Assembly: GCA_964590855.1 (NCBI GenBank) | Contig: CAZPXJ010000010.1 | Coordinates: forward strand, 1-32,000 | Reading direction: 5' to 3' | Source of the DNA: an uncultured archaeon | GTDB taxonomy: Archaea; Asgardarchaeota; Heimdallarchaeia; Heimdallarchaeales; Heimdallarchaeaceae | Length of the DNA: 32,000 nucleotides | In this document: piece after piece, positions 23,392-32,000 of the stretch | Layout of the letters: every line of letters starts with the position of its first letter | How positions within the stretch are numbered: position 1 is the stretch's first letter | Made by a program: the position numbers and the translations under genes | The notes under the pieces: generated by a model | Told to the model about the DNA's origin: nothing | Seen by the model: only the letters and a program-made list of their open reading frames with translations | The model's database searches: none

Positions 23392-23808
23392 ATCTTGATC
23401 TCCTGACAATAGTTTTTTAAATAATTTTTCAAAAGGTTTCTTTCCAACGGCACCAACAACATTCCCCAAAAACTTGCCATCTTGGAACACCAAGAAATTA
23501 GGAATGGAAGAAATACCATATTGCATTGATGTGCGTGGATTCTGATCAACATTTAGTTTACCTATGGTAACTTTACCTGCCCATTCTTTGGCTAATTGTT
23601 CCATTATAGGTTCCATTGTTCTACAAGGTGCACACCAAACCGCCCAACAATCTATAACTACAATTCCTGGTTGTTTAACAAAAGAGGCAAATGAATTATC
23701 ATCTAGTTCTGCTACATCAATAACAGGAAAATTTCCAACAGTCGGAACATCATCTTTCATAAGCTTTTGCATTTTTTCTTTCTTTATACGTTCTAATTCT
23801 TCATCCAT
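23371..23808 (-). CDS. trxA: thioredoxin with a short N-terminal extension
   Basis: 145 aa. It has the active-site string VIDCWAVWCAPCRTM (WCxPC) in thioredoxin-fold context (KLNVDQNP...YGISSIPNFLVF). Confidence 0.9.
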   Translation of the reverse strand: MDEELERIKKEKMQKLMKDDVPTVGNFPVIDVAELDDNSFASFVKQPGIVVIDCWAVWCAPCRTMEPIMEQLAKEWAGKVTIGKLNVDQNPRTSMQYGISSIPNFLVFQDGKFLGNVVGAVGKKPFEKLFKKLLSGDQDKKEGYS

Positions 23809-23855
23809 CTTACTTCACCATAATGCAGATCAAAGCCAAGTTTATACTTTTTACT

Positions 23856-23948
23856 ATGTGTGTAATTTACGCACACTATTTTAAATTATTCTATTGTGCG
23901 ATTCCGTAAAACCATAACACTTATTATGTGTGAAGAAAATGCACACAT
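23856..23948. promoter_or_regulatory. two similar inverted repeats (ATGTGTG-N9-CACACAT type) in the divergent thioredoxin/regulator promoter region
   Basis: Site 1 at 23856-23878 is ATGTGTG-TAATTTACG-CACACTA, with 5 of 7 arm positions palindromic. Site 2 at 23926-23948 is ATGTGTG-AAGAAAATG-CACACAT, with perfect 7-bp arms. AT-rich TATA-like tracts lie on both sides of site 1. Confidence 0.4.
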
Positions 23949-24378
23949 GATGCAACCTTGTTTTGTAGATATATCTGATAGTATTTCCAAGAACCTAAAT
24001 AGTGGCGCTTGCAAATGTGAATTCCTTGAATGTCAGTTTAAGGTGTGTCCAATTTTCGAATTTCTGTTTGGGTTGAAATGTACTCATGTTAACATATATT
24101 TCTACACTCTTCAAGAAAAGAGAACTATCAAAGAAATTGCTGACAGAGTAAGAAGAGATCGAACTACAGCCGTAAGATTAGTTCAAAATATGATAAAGCA
24201 AGGCTTAATGCATAAAGAACAAGAACTGTTGCCAAACGGTGGTATAAGACACATTTATACAGCTATCCCCCAAGAAATTTTGAAAGAAAAATTAAAAGAA
24301 TCTCTTAGTGATGTAAAAGAAGCAGTCGATGCACTATTAGAGCAAGACTGGACTGTTGTCAAGGTTATTAACTCTTGA
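23947..24378 (+). CDS. winged-helix (TrmB/MarR/ArsR-like) transcriptional regulator with a Cys-rich N-terminal segment
   Basis: The track ORF starts at GTG 23896, with alternative ATGs at 23926, 23947 and 23950, so the start is uncertain. The wHTH region is RTIKEIADRVRRDRTTAVRLVQNMIKQGLM. The N-terminal segment carries CFVD...CKCEFLECQFKVCP. Confidence 0.6.
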   Translation: MMQPCFVDISDSISKNLNSGACKCEFLECQFKVCPIFEFLFGLKCTHVNIYFYTLQEKRTIKEIADRVRRDRTTAVRLVQNMIKQGLMHKEQELLPNGGIRHIYTAIPQEILKEKLKESLSDVKEAVDALLEQDWTVVKVINS

Positions 24379-24383
24379 TATAA

Positions 24384-25073
24384 TTAGAAATCAAACTCAT
24401 CTAATTCATCCATTGAACCAACAAGGTTTTCTCCCTTTTTCTTCTTCTTATCTCTTACAGTACTTACTGCTGAAGACAATTCACTGATGAATTCTGTGGG
24501 TAATTCTCCTCTCACTGGTTCGGCATTATCTATAGGAATGTCTACCACAGAATCATCTATTGATTCAGATTGAGGTTCATACTCGATGTGTTGAGAGGTA
24601 TCAAGTTCTGGTCCATCTATATCACCTAAATTTACTTGAGTATCGCCTCTAGTAATATGGGCAAATTCTTCAGCAACTTGGACTCTTTCTTCAAATATTG
24701 CAGGTTGAGATGCTTCAGCACGAGCTGACTCTGCGCTAACAGGAGCCGAACGTACTGGTTGTGCTTCCTGAGGTTGTTCGGTGTTCATAGATGCAAATCC
24801 TGGGTGGGTATCAGCAACTGAACCAACACCTTCTTCCGCTGATCTATTTTGAACTAAACTTCCATCTTGAAGTAATTTTACAATTTCTTTGCAAAGATTT
24901 CTTAATTGCGGATTTAGTTGGTACATAAATCGTGGAAGATTTGAACGAATTTGCTCTAGAAAATATTTACCTGTTTCAAAATCTTGAATATAAAAAGCTT
25001 GTAGCGCTTGTACTATCATTTGCTGAACAAGTTTGTCAGGAGGGACTGAGGATTGTGGTGAGTGTGGAAACAT
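24384..25073 (-). CDS. hypothetical protein: short helical N-domain plus a long acidic, low-complexity (probably disordered) region
   Basis: 229 aa. The N-terminal ~75 aa look helical. The remainder is rich in E/D/S/P/Q/A and ends KKKKKGENLVGSMDELDEFDF. The gene is locally more GC-rich than its surroundings. Confidence 0.5.
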   Translation of the reverse strand: MFPHSPQSSVPPDKLVQQMIVQALQAFYIQDFETGKYFLEQIRSNLPRFMYQLNPQLRNLCKEIVKLLQDGSLVQNRSAEEGVGSVADTHPGFASMNTEQPQEAQPVRSAPVSAESARAEASQPAIFEERVQVAEEFAHITRGDTQVNLGDIDGPELDTSQHIEYEPQSESIDDSVVDIPIDNAEPVRGELPTEFISELSSAVSTVRDKKKKKGENLVGSMDELDEFDF

Positions 25074-25220
25074 AATTACCTATGACATTTATATTGGGAG
25101 ATTATTTTAAAATTGTGGAAAAGGAAAAGAGAATTCAAATGTCTGAAATGCTCCTCAAATTAGTCCTAGAGCTAGTTCCATTAGGTTTATATTAATTACA
25201 AAGGGATTCATAAAAAGGAC

Positions 25221-26630
25221 ATGAAATCGTTGAATGGCAATGGTAGAAAATTCTCCAATGTGTTAAAAGAAGTCAAAACAAGATTGTATCTAGATGATCG
25301 TCGTCGACTATCTCCTATTCTCTTAGGTATAGTAGGAAGTTTTTCCATGACTATTTTCATGTCCTATGTTGGTTTGCATCTTGAAGACATCAATACAGTG
25401 TTTTGGTTAATACTTTTCATTTTTGCTTTGAGAAATATACCTCAATTATTTCTACGTGTTCCGTTGGGAAACTTATCACAGATGATTGGAAGAAAGCCTT
25501 TACTCTTATCGGGTATTGGTTTCTATACAATAAGTCTGTTCTTTCTAGCTTTCTCTTCACATTGGTCATTAGTCATTGTAGCAATGTTCTTTTTAGCAAT
25601 TGGTATGTCTTGTTTCTGGCCTGTTATTTTTGCATATATTGGTGATGTTGAAGAAGAGAAAAGTCTTGGAAAAGTACAAGGGAGATTATTTCAAGGAACT
25701 GATTTAGGTGCCATTTCTGGTGCGTTACTAGCATTTTTGCTCCTTAAAATCTCTAATATTCACATCAATAAATCGCTAATATTCAATATCAATACCATAA
25801 CGATAATTCCAGAGATAGTCAATACTTGGTCACCACTTCGTATACTGTTTATTTGGGGTGCCGGAATCTCTCTAATAGGGGTAATTGGTGTAGCCTTATT
25901 TATGCCTGAAGTTCTCAAGAAAGAAGATAGGCTGAAAACAGAATCTAAAATGAAAGCATTAGGAATATCCTTTGTTTCAATGTTCAAATCTCTAGTTATG
26001 GTGTCTAAACAAAAGAAACTGAGTTTCATCTATATAATCCAGTTAACCGTAGCTTTTCTCGAATATACAGTAACTGCTTTTTGGCCGATACTAGTGTCAG
26101 AAGTTAAAGGGCTCCCATATGATACAGTAGCACAGATTGCATGGATTACATCAGGAGTTTTGATTTTCTTCAAACCTTATCTAGGTAAAATTATAGATAA
26201 AATCGGCTATAAAGGTCCAATATTCTTCACATTAATTATTTCATCTAGTATGTTGATTCTGTTCATTTATGTGAAATCCTTACCATGGTTAATTGTAGTT
26301 TATATAATTTATAGTGCCAGTAGTTTAACTAGTTTTATAGGAGTTAATACCGGCACTACACGAGAATCAATTGCCACCCAAAGGGGTATGGCACTTGGTG
26401 CTCTGGGATTTTATGTATCATTGTCTAGATCTATTTCTACAGTAAGTTTTATTCCAATTAGCGTAAATTCAAATCAAGTCAATGGATCTATTGATTGGAA
26501 TTATGTTTTACCAAAGATATTTCTCTTTACAGCAATTGCAATATATTCCGCAGTTATGTTGATTTATCTAATTTACTATCTTATTGGAAAAAGAAAACTT
26601 ACGAAGGACAACAAACCTAACTCTCTTTAA
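25221..26630 (+). CDS. major facilitator superfamily (MFS) transporter
   Basis: 469 aa with about 12 hydrophobic segments and an MFS motif-A-like loop (GNLSQMIGRKPLLLSG). Confidence 0.8.
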   Translation: MKSLNGNGRKFSNVLKEVKTRLYLDDRRRLSPILLGIVGSFSMTIFMSYVGLHLEDINTVFWLILFIFALRNIPQLFLRVPLGNLSQMIGRKPLLLSGIGFYTISLFFLAFSSHWSLVIVAMFFLAIGMSCFWPVIFAYIGDVEEEKSLGKVQGRLFQGTDLGAISGALLAFLLLKISNIHINKSLIFNINTITIIPEIVNTWSPLRILFIWGAGISLIGVIGVALFMPEVLKKEDRLKTESKMKALGISFVSMFKSLVMVSKQKKLSFIYIIQLTVAFLEYTVTAFWPILVSEVKGLPYDTVAQIAWITSGVLIFFKPYLGKIIDKIGYKGPIFFTLIISSSMLILFIYVKSLPWLIVVYIIYSASSLTSFIGVNTGTTRESIATQRGMALGALGFYVSLSRSISTVSFIPISVNSNQVNGSIDWNYVLPKIFLFTAIAIYSAVMLIYLIYYLIGKRKLTKDNKPNSL

Positions 26631-26682
26631 TTAGTAATGTTTACTAACACTGGACTCCAAGAGTATTGTTTGAGTGATTAAA

Positions 26683-27726
26683 ATGAGAGATGAGCTATCA
26701 ATTAACAAGGAATTGCTATCGATTCACATCCAAAACGACTATGGTATAACTGTTAAGAAACTGAAGTATGTACCCGTAGGTGAAGTAGCTCACTCATATG
26801 TTTTATACACAGAAAAAGATACAAAATACTTCTTGAAAATATATTTTCCTTCTAGATTAGTAGAGACAAGTGCAGGAAAGTTGGAAGTATCACACAGAAT
26901 TGCATATCAGCTTTATCATAAAGAAAAGATAGAACAAATAACATACCCTATTAAAAGCATAAGTGGAGAATATAAATCAATATTTGAGGATTTAGAATTA
27001 GTAATTTGGTCTTTTATAGAAGGAAAAATGGCAACTGAAAAAGAAAGGAAATCAAAAAAATTCTTACAAGATTTGGCTCTCTTGCTAGGAGAGATTCACA
27101 ATTCAACAGAAAATTTACAAATAGAATCAGTTTCAAGATTCAATTTCGATTTGAAGTTTCGAAAAGATTTGTTAATAAGCATCAAAGAAGCCACGGGGTG
27201 TGCAACTTCGAAAGACAAGAACTACAATAAACTTCAGAAGCTAATCACACAATATATGAATACAATCTTAGAATCTCTTGTCTATATTGAAGAGCTTTCA
27301 TTGTCGTTAAAGGAAAGAGATGATATTGGGTTAGTTCTCTGTCATTCAGACCCTATTATACACAATATAATCATAGATAAAGAAAACAAGTTGCATCTTG
27401 TTGATTGGGATGGTGCAATATTAGCACCTTTTGAACAAGATATCTGGTTTTATTTATTTGACGAACATTACAAAATATTCATTGAGAAGTATCAACAGAT
27501 TAGTAAAGTTGATGAAATTGATGAGGACATTGTCGTTTTCCTATTCTATGAACGAACTTTGGCAGATCTTACAGATTGGGTACACAGAATTTTGTTTGAG
27601 GAAATAACACAAGAACAAATAAAGAGTGATTTCAAAGGGCTTGAAGAAGATTGTTGGCCTATTTTATCGAACATGAAAGAGATAGAAAACCAGCTTAGAG
27701 AAAAAATCCGAAAACTATCAGCGTAA
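26683..27726 (+). CDS. aminoglycoside/choline-kinase-type phosphotransferase (APH family)
   Basis: The track ORF starts at GTG 26674, and the first ATG is at 26683. The catalytic loop is LCHSDPIIHNIII (HxDxxxxN) and it is followed by LVDWDGA (DxD). Confidence 0.75.
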   Translation: MRDELSINKELLSIHIQNDYGITVKKLKYVPVGEVAHSYVLYTEKDTKYFLKIYFPSRLVETSAGKLEVSHRIAYQLYHKEKIEQITYPIKSISGEYKSIFEDLELVIWSFIEGKMATEKERKSKKFLQDLALLLGEIHNSTENLQIESVSRFNFDLKFRKDLLISIKEATGCATSKDKNYNKLQKLITQYMNTILESLVYIEELSLSLKERDDIGLVLCHSDPIIHNIIIDKENKLHLVDWDGAILAPFEQDIWFYLFDEHYKIFIEKYQQISKVDEIDEDIVVFLFYERTLADLTDWVHRILFEEITQEQIKSDFKGLEEDCWPILSNMKEIENQLREKIRKLSA

Positions 27727-27739
27727 AGCATCAAGTAGT

Positions 27740-28195
27740 TTAATCTTCGTGTTTTATATCTTCTCCAATACTATAAAGAAAAACCATTGCAGATTTTGGT
27801 CCCATCCTTGAGAATCTTTTTGACAATTCTTTCTTCACATATCTATAATTTTCAGACTTATCCAGATTATCCATATAATTCCTAAAGGTTCCGAATTCTT
27901 CCTTTACCCTCACAAACTCTATGGCATTGACAAGAGTAGCTTCTATCTTTGATCTATTTCTTAATATGCTTGAATCTGACAACAATCTCTCAATATCCTC
28001 TTCATCAAAATCTGCTACTATCTCAATGTCAAAATCCTTGAATGCCTTTTTAAAATTAGGCCAACGATCTGCAATGAGTTTCCAGGTTAAACCTGCTTGA
28101 AAAACACATCTCGTCATATTCTCGAAGTATGCATTATCGTTAGGTGGCTCCCCATCTCTGAAAAACCATCCTGTTCTAGAATTGTCAGATGACAT
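27740..28195 (-). CDS. DNA-3-methyladenine glycosylase I (Tag) family-like protein, paralog B
   Basis: 151 aa, colinear with paralog A at roughly half to 60 percent identity by eye. Shared strings include TGW..RD..PP.DNAYFENM, FDI.IV.DFDEEDIE.L, RIEATL.NAI, LDKSENYRY and SIGEDI. Confidence 0.7.
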   Translation of the reverse strand: MSSDNSRTGWFFRDGEPPNDNAYFENMTRCVFQAGLTWKLIADRWPNFKKAFKDFDIEIVADFDEEDIERLLSDSSILRNRSKIEATLVNAIEFVRVKEEFGTFRNYMDNLDKSENYRYVKKELSKRFSRMGPKSAMVFLYSIGEDIKHED

Positions 28196-28300
28196 ATATT
28201 AATGTGGATTAAATTAATATAAAACTGTAATTTTCTGTCTAAAATTTATTACTACGTACTCTTCAATATATTTTTTAATTTCCTATTTTGATTTATTTGT

Positions 28301-28672
28301 ATGATACTAGCTATTATCGATGGAGTATTCGTTATCAGTGCTGGAGCAATAACTGCTCTTTTATGGATAATCGTTGTTGCTAAGAAACTTGATTACAAAT
28401 TTGTTGAGAAGAAGTACGAGAGAATCTTCCACATAATTGCTGAATTTGTAATGTCCATAACAGCAATTATTGCAGGTATAGCATTATTATTGGCACAATC
28501 TTGGGGAATACCTTTATTCTATCTTGCCATGGGTTTGATATTATATGCTTTAGTTAATGCAATAGGGATTTACAAGGAAAAGAAGTATAAGTTGCTTGTA
28601 ATGACGCTGATCATTTCAGCTGTAATAGCTATAGTGCTAATAGCAATATCACTAGCTCTACTAACAATATAA
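28301..28672 (+). CDS. small hypothetical membrane protein (4 predicted TM segments)
   Basis: 123-aa hydrophobic ORF in an otherwise unoccupied gap, with no recognisable motif. Confidence 0.45.
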   Translation: MILAIIDGVFVISAGAITALLWIIVVAKKLDYKFVEKKYERIFHIIAEFVMSITAIIAGIALLLAQSWGIPLFYLAMGLILYALVNAIGIYKEKKYKLLVMTLIISAVIAIVLIAISLALLTI

Positions 28673-28701
28673 ATTAAAAATAAAAAGAAAGTAAGAAGTT
28701 T

Positions 28702-29184
28702 TTATTCCTCTTGAGGAATTTCTTTCTTCTCAACACCGATTAAATCTTCTTTTAACTTACCAAGAAGTGTAGCTACAGCATGAACAATGTTCTCAGGTCT
28801 TGGTGGGCAACCATATACCCAAGCATCAATTGGGAGAACATGATCAATACCACCTAAAACAAAGGGACATTCTTGGAATACACCACCAGATGTACAACAG
28901 TTACCTACTGCTACCACAAACTTTGGTAAAGGCATCTGTTCATAAACACGTTTTACTCTTTCTGCTACTTGAGCAGTTACAGGACCTGTGATTACTAGTA
29001 CGTCTGCTTGTCTTGGAGTACCTCTAAGTGTTATACCATATTGTTCAAGATCGTGTCTGGGGGTTAATGCATCTACAATTTCAATATCGCAACCATTACA
29101 TCCACCAGCATTCATATGAAGGATCCATGGGGATCTTAAAGCACAATTTACACCGAATTTCTTTAGCCAACCCATTTTAAGCAC
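28702..29184 (-). CDS. group 4 [NiFe]-hydrogenase small subunit (NuoB/HycG/MbhJ-like)
   Basis: 160 aa. [4Fe-4S] cluster ligands are present in GGCNGCDIE, VGNCCTSGG and YGCPPRPE. The start is MLKM at 29184 (8-nt overlap with the upstream gene) or MGWL at 29175. Confidence 0.9.
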   Translation of the reverse strand: MLKMGWLKKFGVNCALRSPWILHMNAGGCNGCDIEIVDALTPRHDLEQYGITLRGTPRQADVLVITGPVTAQVAERVKRVYEQMPLPKFVVAVGNCCTSGGVFQECPFVLGGIDHVLPIDAWVYGCPPRPENIVHAVATLLGKLKEDLIGVEKKEIPQEE

Positions 29185-29647
29185 CTCTGAACTCCTCTAT
29201 TTCTTTGATTTTCTTGCCACCTTCTTCAATAAGCTCTTGCAGTTTTTTATCCGCAGTTTCTCCTTTATAATTCCCTTTGGCAACTAACATATCAAAATCT
29301 TGGCGAACGTTGAATGAGAATAGTGTATAAGATAAAGTAGAATCTTCATCTATGTGAATTGCGTCTTTAGGACAATAGGTTTGACAGTGACCACACCACA
29401 TACACTGGGGGCGTAAAATCCAAATCATACCATTGTCTTTGTTTTCCTTGTCCATACCTAAACAATGTGTAGGACACACATTCACACATGTACCACACAT
29501 GATACATCTTTCTTCATCAATTGAAGGAATGGTCCTAATATCCTCTGCAGGTGGATGATCTCCAATCTGTTTAAGAACATGTTTTGTTACTGGACCTTTT
29601 GCTTGATTTTTTAATGCTTCTCCACCCATTACTAATACTTTTTTCAT
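29177..29647 (-). CDS. 2x[4Fe-4S] ferredoxin-like subunit (NuoI/HycF/MbhN-like)
   Basis: 156 aa with two CxxCxxCxxxCP motifs (CIMCGTCVNVCP and CMWCGHCQTYCP). Confidence 0.85.
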   Translation of the reverse strand: MKKVLVMGGEALKNQAKGPVTKHVLKQIGDHPPAEDIRTIPSIDEERCIMCGTCVNVCPTHCLGMDKENKDNGMIWILRPQCMWCGHCQTYCPKDAIHIDEDSTLSYTLFSFNVRQDFDMLVAKGNYKGETADKKLQELIEEGGKKIKEIEEFRGA

Positions 29648-29659
29648 CTTCTTTTCACC

Positions 29660-30913
29660 TCAGAAAAATGGTCTATTATACTTCTTAGCTTTGATAGCCT
29701 TTTGAGCAAATTCGTCCTGGTTCATTATTATCTTTTCACCAGTATTCTCATTAATCAACATTACTCTGTTTGTACAGGAGAAACAAGGATCATAGCTTCG
29801 TAAGATAACGGGCATATCTGCAACGTACTCACCATCCATTCTTTTCAGAGTAGCATCAATGTTTCCTAATGATGGTGCCCTGATTTTATATCTTTCTGGC
29901 ATATCGGTACCATTTGCAATACCATAATGAATATCTTCTCCTCTTGGAGCTTCTGCTCTGGTCATATATTTACCTTCAGGAATTTTTTGTTTAACTCTAA
30001 CCAAAAGTTCTCCTTGTGTTGATTCTAATTGGTCTAGACATCTTTCCATTATAGCAATTGAAGCTAAGGTTTCGTCTACTCTAACTAATGTTGTAGCTAA
30101 CACATCTCCTTCAGTATAATATACTAAATCCCAATCGATTTTATCATATAACTCATATGGAAAAGTCTTTCTGACATCATACGGTAATCCTGAACCTCTT
30201 GCAGTTGGTCCATTTGGTGATGTTTTCTTTGCATCATCTTTTGATAGTACTCCAACATGCTCTAATCTGTTTCTTATTGAAGCTTCTTCGGAGAATACTT
30301 TTCGGTGATATTCTACCTGCTTTCTTAGTTTGGCTAATCGTTCACGAATTGAAGGTACCATCTCAGGTTTAATGTCTCTTCTTACACCACCTGGAAGATT
30401 GATAGAATAATTCACTCTATTTCCACTGACTTCTTCCATAATATCCATGATGATCTCTCTGTCTCTCCAACTAATATGCAACAAGGTATCAAAACCTGCA
30501 TCGTGAGCTAGAATACCGTACCAAAGTATATGAGAATGGATACGTTCAGCTTCAAGAGCAAACATACGTATTAATCGTGCTCTTTCTGATATCTGATCTT
30601 CAATACCTGCTAACCTATCTACAACTCTAACATAGACATTTTGATGAACAGCACTACAAATTCCACAGGCTCTGGGGACCAACATGGTATTTTGTCTCCA
30701 GGTCCTATTTTCCATTGCTTTTTCAATTCCCCTCAAGTTAAAACCGATTCTAATATCTGCTTCAACAACTCGTTCTCCTTTAAGATGAATGATAAAATGT
30801 GCTGGTTCTTCTGCCCAAGGATGTTGAGGGCCAATAAAAATATGATGGTCTGCGCCTTCTGGAGCGTCTGTTCCGTCCGTTAATGTCCTAAATCTTGATC
30901 TATATTCTGTCAT
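29660..30913 (-). CDS. group 4 [NiFe]-hydrogenase large (catalytic) subunit (NuoD/HycE/MbhL-like)
   Basis: 417 aa. Both NiFe-binding cysteine pairs are intact: N-terminal RACGICSAVH (RxCGxCxxxH) and C-terminal DPCFSCTNR (DPCxxCxxR). The C-terminal motif is followed by a ~34-aa extension of the kind removed by a maturation endopeptidase. Confidence 0.9.
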   Translation of the reverse strand: MTEYRSRFRTLTDGTDAPEGADHHIFIGPQHPWAEEPAHFIIHLKGERVVEADIRIGFNLRGIEKAMENRTWRQNTMLVPRACGICSAVHQNVYVRVVDRLAGIEDQISERARLIRMFALEAERIHSHILWYGILAHDAGFDTLLHISWRDREIIMDIMEEVSGNRVNYSINLPGGVRRDIKPEMVPSIRERLAKLRKQVEYHRKVFSEEASIRNRLEHVGVLSKDDAKKTSPNGPTARGSGLPYDVRKTFPYELYDKIDWDLVYYTEGDVLATTLVRVDETLASIAIMERCLDQLESTQGELLVRVKQKIPEGKYMTRAEAPRGEDIHYGIANGTDMPERYKIRAPSLGNIDATLKRMDGEYVADMPVILRSYDPCFSCTNRVMLINENTGEKIIMNQDEFAQKAIKAKKYNRPFF

Positions 30914-31435
30914 TTATTTCTCCTCCAAACTCTCTTTTGCTATTTTCATGGTTATCTCCTTGACTTGTTCCCATGAATATTCCTTACGCATTGGTTTAAC
31001 ATCATCTGGCCATTTGTCAGGAAGAATTAGTCTCTGTAGGAATGGATGATTTTCAAAATATATTCCATAGAAATCATAAATCTCTCTTTCATAATAGTCT
31101 GCGGCAATAAAGAAGTCAATCATGCTGGGAGACTTTGGATTTTTCTTATCAACTTTTGTTACGATGAAGTTTATTGGAACTTCTTTTACCTCTTCTTCTA
31201 TTCTATGTTGAATATGATAACAAATGTTGAATTCGTCGTCCTTTTCATAACCTGTAATGGTTGAAAGGTGATAAATACCTGCTTCCTCATGAAGGATTTT
31301 CATTAGGTCATATGCGTTTTTCGCATTGCTTAGAACATCGAAATGTCCTTCTTCAACCTTAATTACTTCCTCTACGAGTTTTTCCGGTAAAGTTACGTTT
31401 AAAATACTTTCTAATTCTTTGAGTTCTGCACTCAT
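30914..31435 (-). CDS. NuoC/MbhK-like subunit of the hydrogenase module
   Basis: 173 aa. It has the NuoC signature YYEREIYDFYGIYFENHP. Its stop abuts the ATG of the large-subunit gene. Confidence 0.85.
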   Translation of the reverse strand: MSAELKELESILNVTLPEKLVEEVIKVEEGHFDVLSNAKNAYDLMKILHEEAGIYHLSTITGYEKDDEFNICYHIQHRIEEEVKEVPINFIVTKVDKKNPKSPSMIDFFIAADYYEREIYDFYGIYFENHPFLQRLILPDKWPDDVKPMRKEYSWEQVKEITMKIAKESLEEK

Positions 31436-31551
31436 AAGAAGTCCTCTCTTAGCATTTTATTTAAGCTCTATACAGTTATAAAAAAAGGTTGCGTTGTAGA
31501 GATGTGAATTTTATAAGGAAATGATTATTTATATTAATCATTGCTGAAATA

Positions 31552-32000
31552 TCAATCTTTAGTAAAGATGTAGTCATTTCCTTTGAATTTTTCAGGGATT
31601 TCTTGCAGGTACCATCCTCTAACTTGAAGTGCTAAAAGATTCCCTATCATCCAAGGGGTTATACTATTGTCCCCGTATCTAAAGTTTTCTTCAGAAATCC
31701 AAGAACCATCTTTTTCTTTCAATTCCAACCATTGATTAATAGAGAGAAAACGTCCAGTATATCTGACTCCATAAGATCTTTCTAGCAGTTCTGGTATAAC
31801 ATTAACTAACGTCTGAGTTATTTCTTCGTTTTCCTTATCTTGACAGTCTGCTATTGCATTCAATACAGCTGTTTTTGTTTCAAAATTATCGGAAATTCTG
31901 GGTTTGACAGGAGTGAAATATTCAAATGAGGGATTAATTGCATTTTCTTCACAAAGAAAAACTCTCTCGGTTATGAGCCTAAATTTGAAACCTCTGGTGA
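31552..32000 (-). CDS. hypothetical protein, 5'-truncated by the window edge
   Basis: The track lists 31552..31863 starting at a TTG. I read the same frame from 31864 to 31998 and found no stop codon, so the gene probably starts beyond the window. No confident family; the string KDGSW...W..GN gives only a weak repeat-like impression. Confidence 0.4.
   Translation of the reverse strand, partial: TRGFKFRLITERVFLCEENAINPSFEYFTPVKPRISDNFETKTAVLNAIADCQDKENEEITQTLVNVIPELLERSYGVRYTGRFLSINQWLELKEKDGSWISEENFRYGDNSITPWMIGNLLALQVRGWYLQEIPEKFKGNDYIFTKD

Overview
Visibly AT-rich chromosomal segment that looks archaeal. Supporting signs are a class II tRNA-Ser, an archaeal-type 5S sequence, an e-MtaB/CDKAL1-type methylthiotransferase, an RPA32-like OB-fold protein, and TATA-like boxes about 25 nt upstream of several start codons. 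All family assignments come from motif recognition by eye on the supplied ORF translations; no searches were run.

Gene content:
- A group 4 (energy-converting) [NiFe]-hydrogenase is encoded in two separate modules. One is a translationally coupled membrane arm in complex-I gene order (NuoH-A-J-K-L-N-like, 3280-8887, minus strand), directly downstream of hypE-hypF (9076-12477). The other is a catalytic module (NuoC-like, large subunit with intact NiFe cysteine motifs, 2x[4Fe-4S] NuoI-like, NuoB-like small subunit, 28702-31435, minus strand), about 20 kb away.
- A diverged Tag-like (3-methyladenine glycosylase I family) paralog sits next to each module.
- Between the modules lie a truncated VIT1/CCC1 remnant, tRNA-Ser(GCU), a 5S rRNA locus, flavodoxin, YccF, an RPA32-like protein, a MiaB-family radical SAM enzyme, and gyrB-gyrA. 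The gyrA gene carries a 434-aa LAGLIDADG intein at the catalytic Tyr.
- Also present are thioredoxin with a divergent Cys-rich wHTH regulator, an acidic disordered protein, an MFS transporter and an APH-family kinase.

Most interesting observation: the 5S rRNA gene (13157-13340, plus strand) is circularly permuted at the DNA level. The 3' part of the molecule precedes the 5' part. The normal termini (helix I) are capped by a 4-nt loop. The new ends are bracketed by a perfect 10-bp inverted repeat, with a bulge-helix-bulge-like core exactly at the break point.

No CRISPR array, transposase or obvious defence island was seen.
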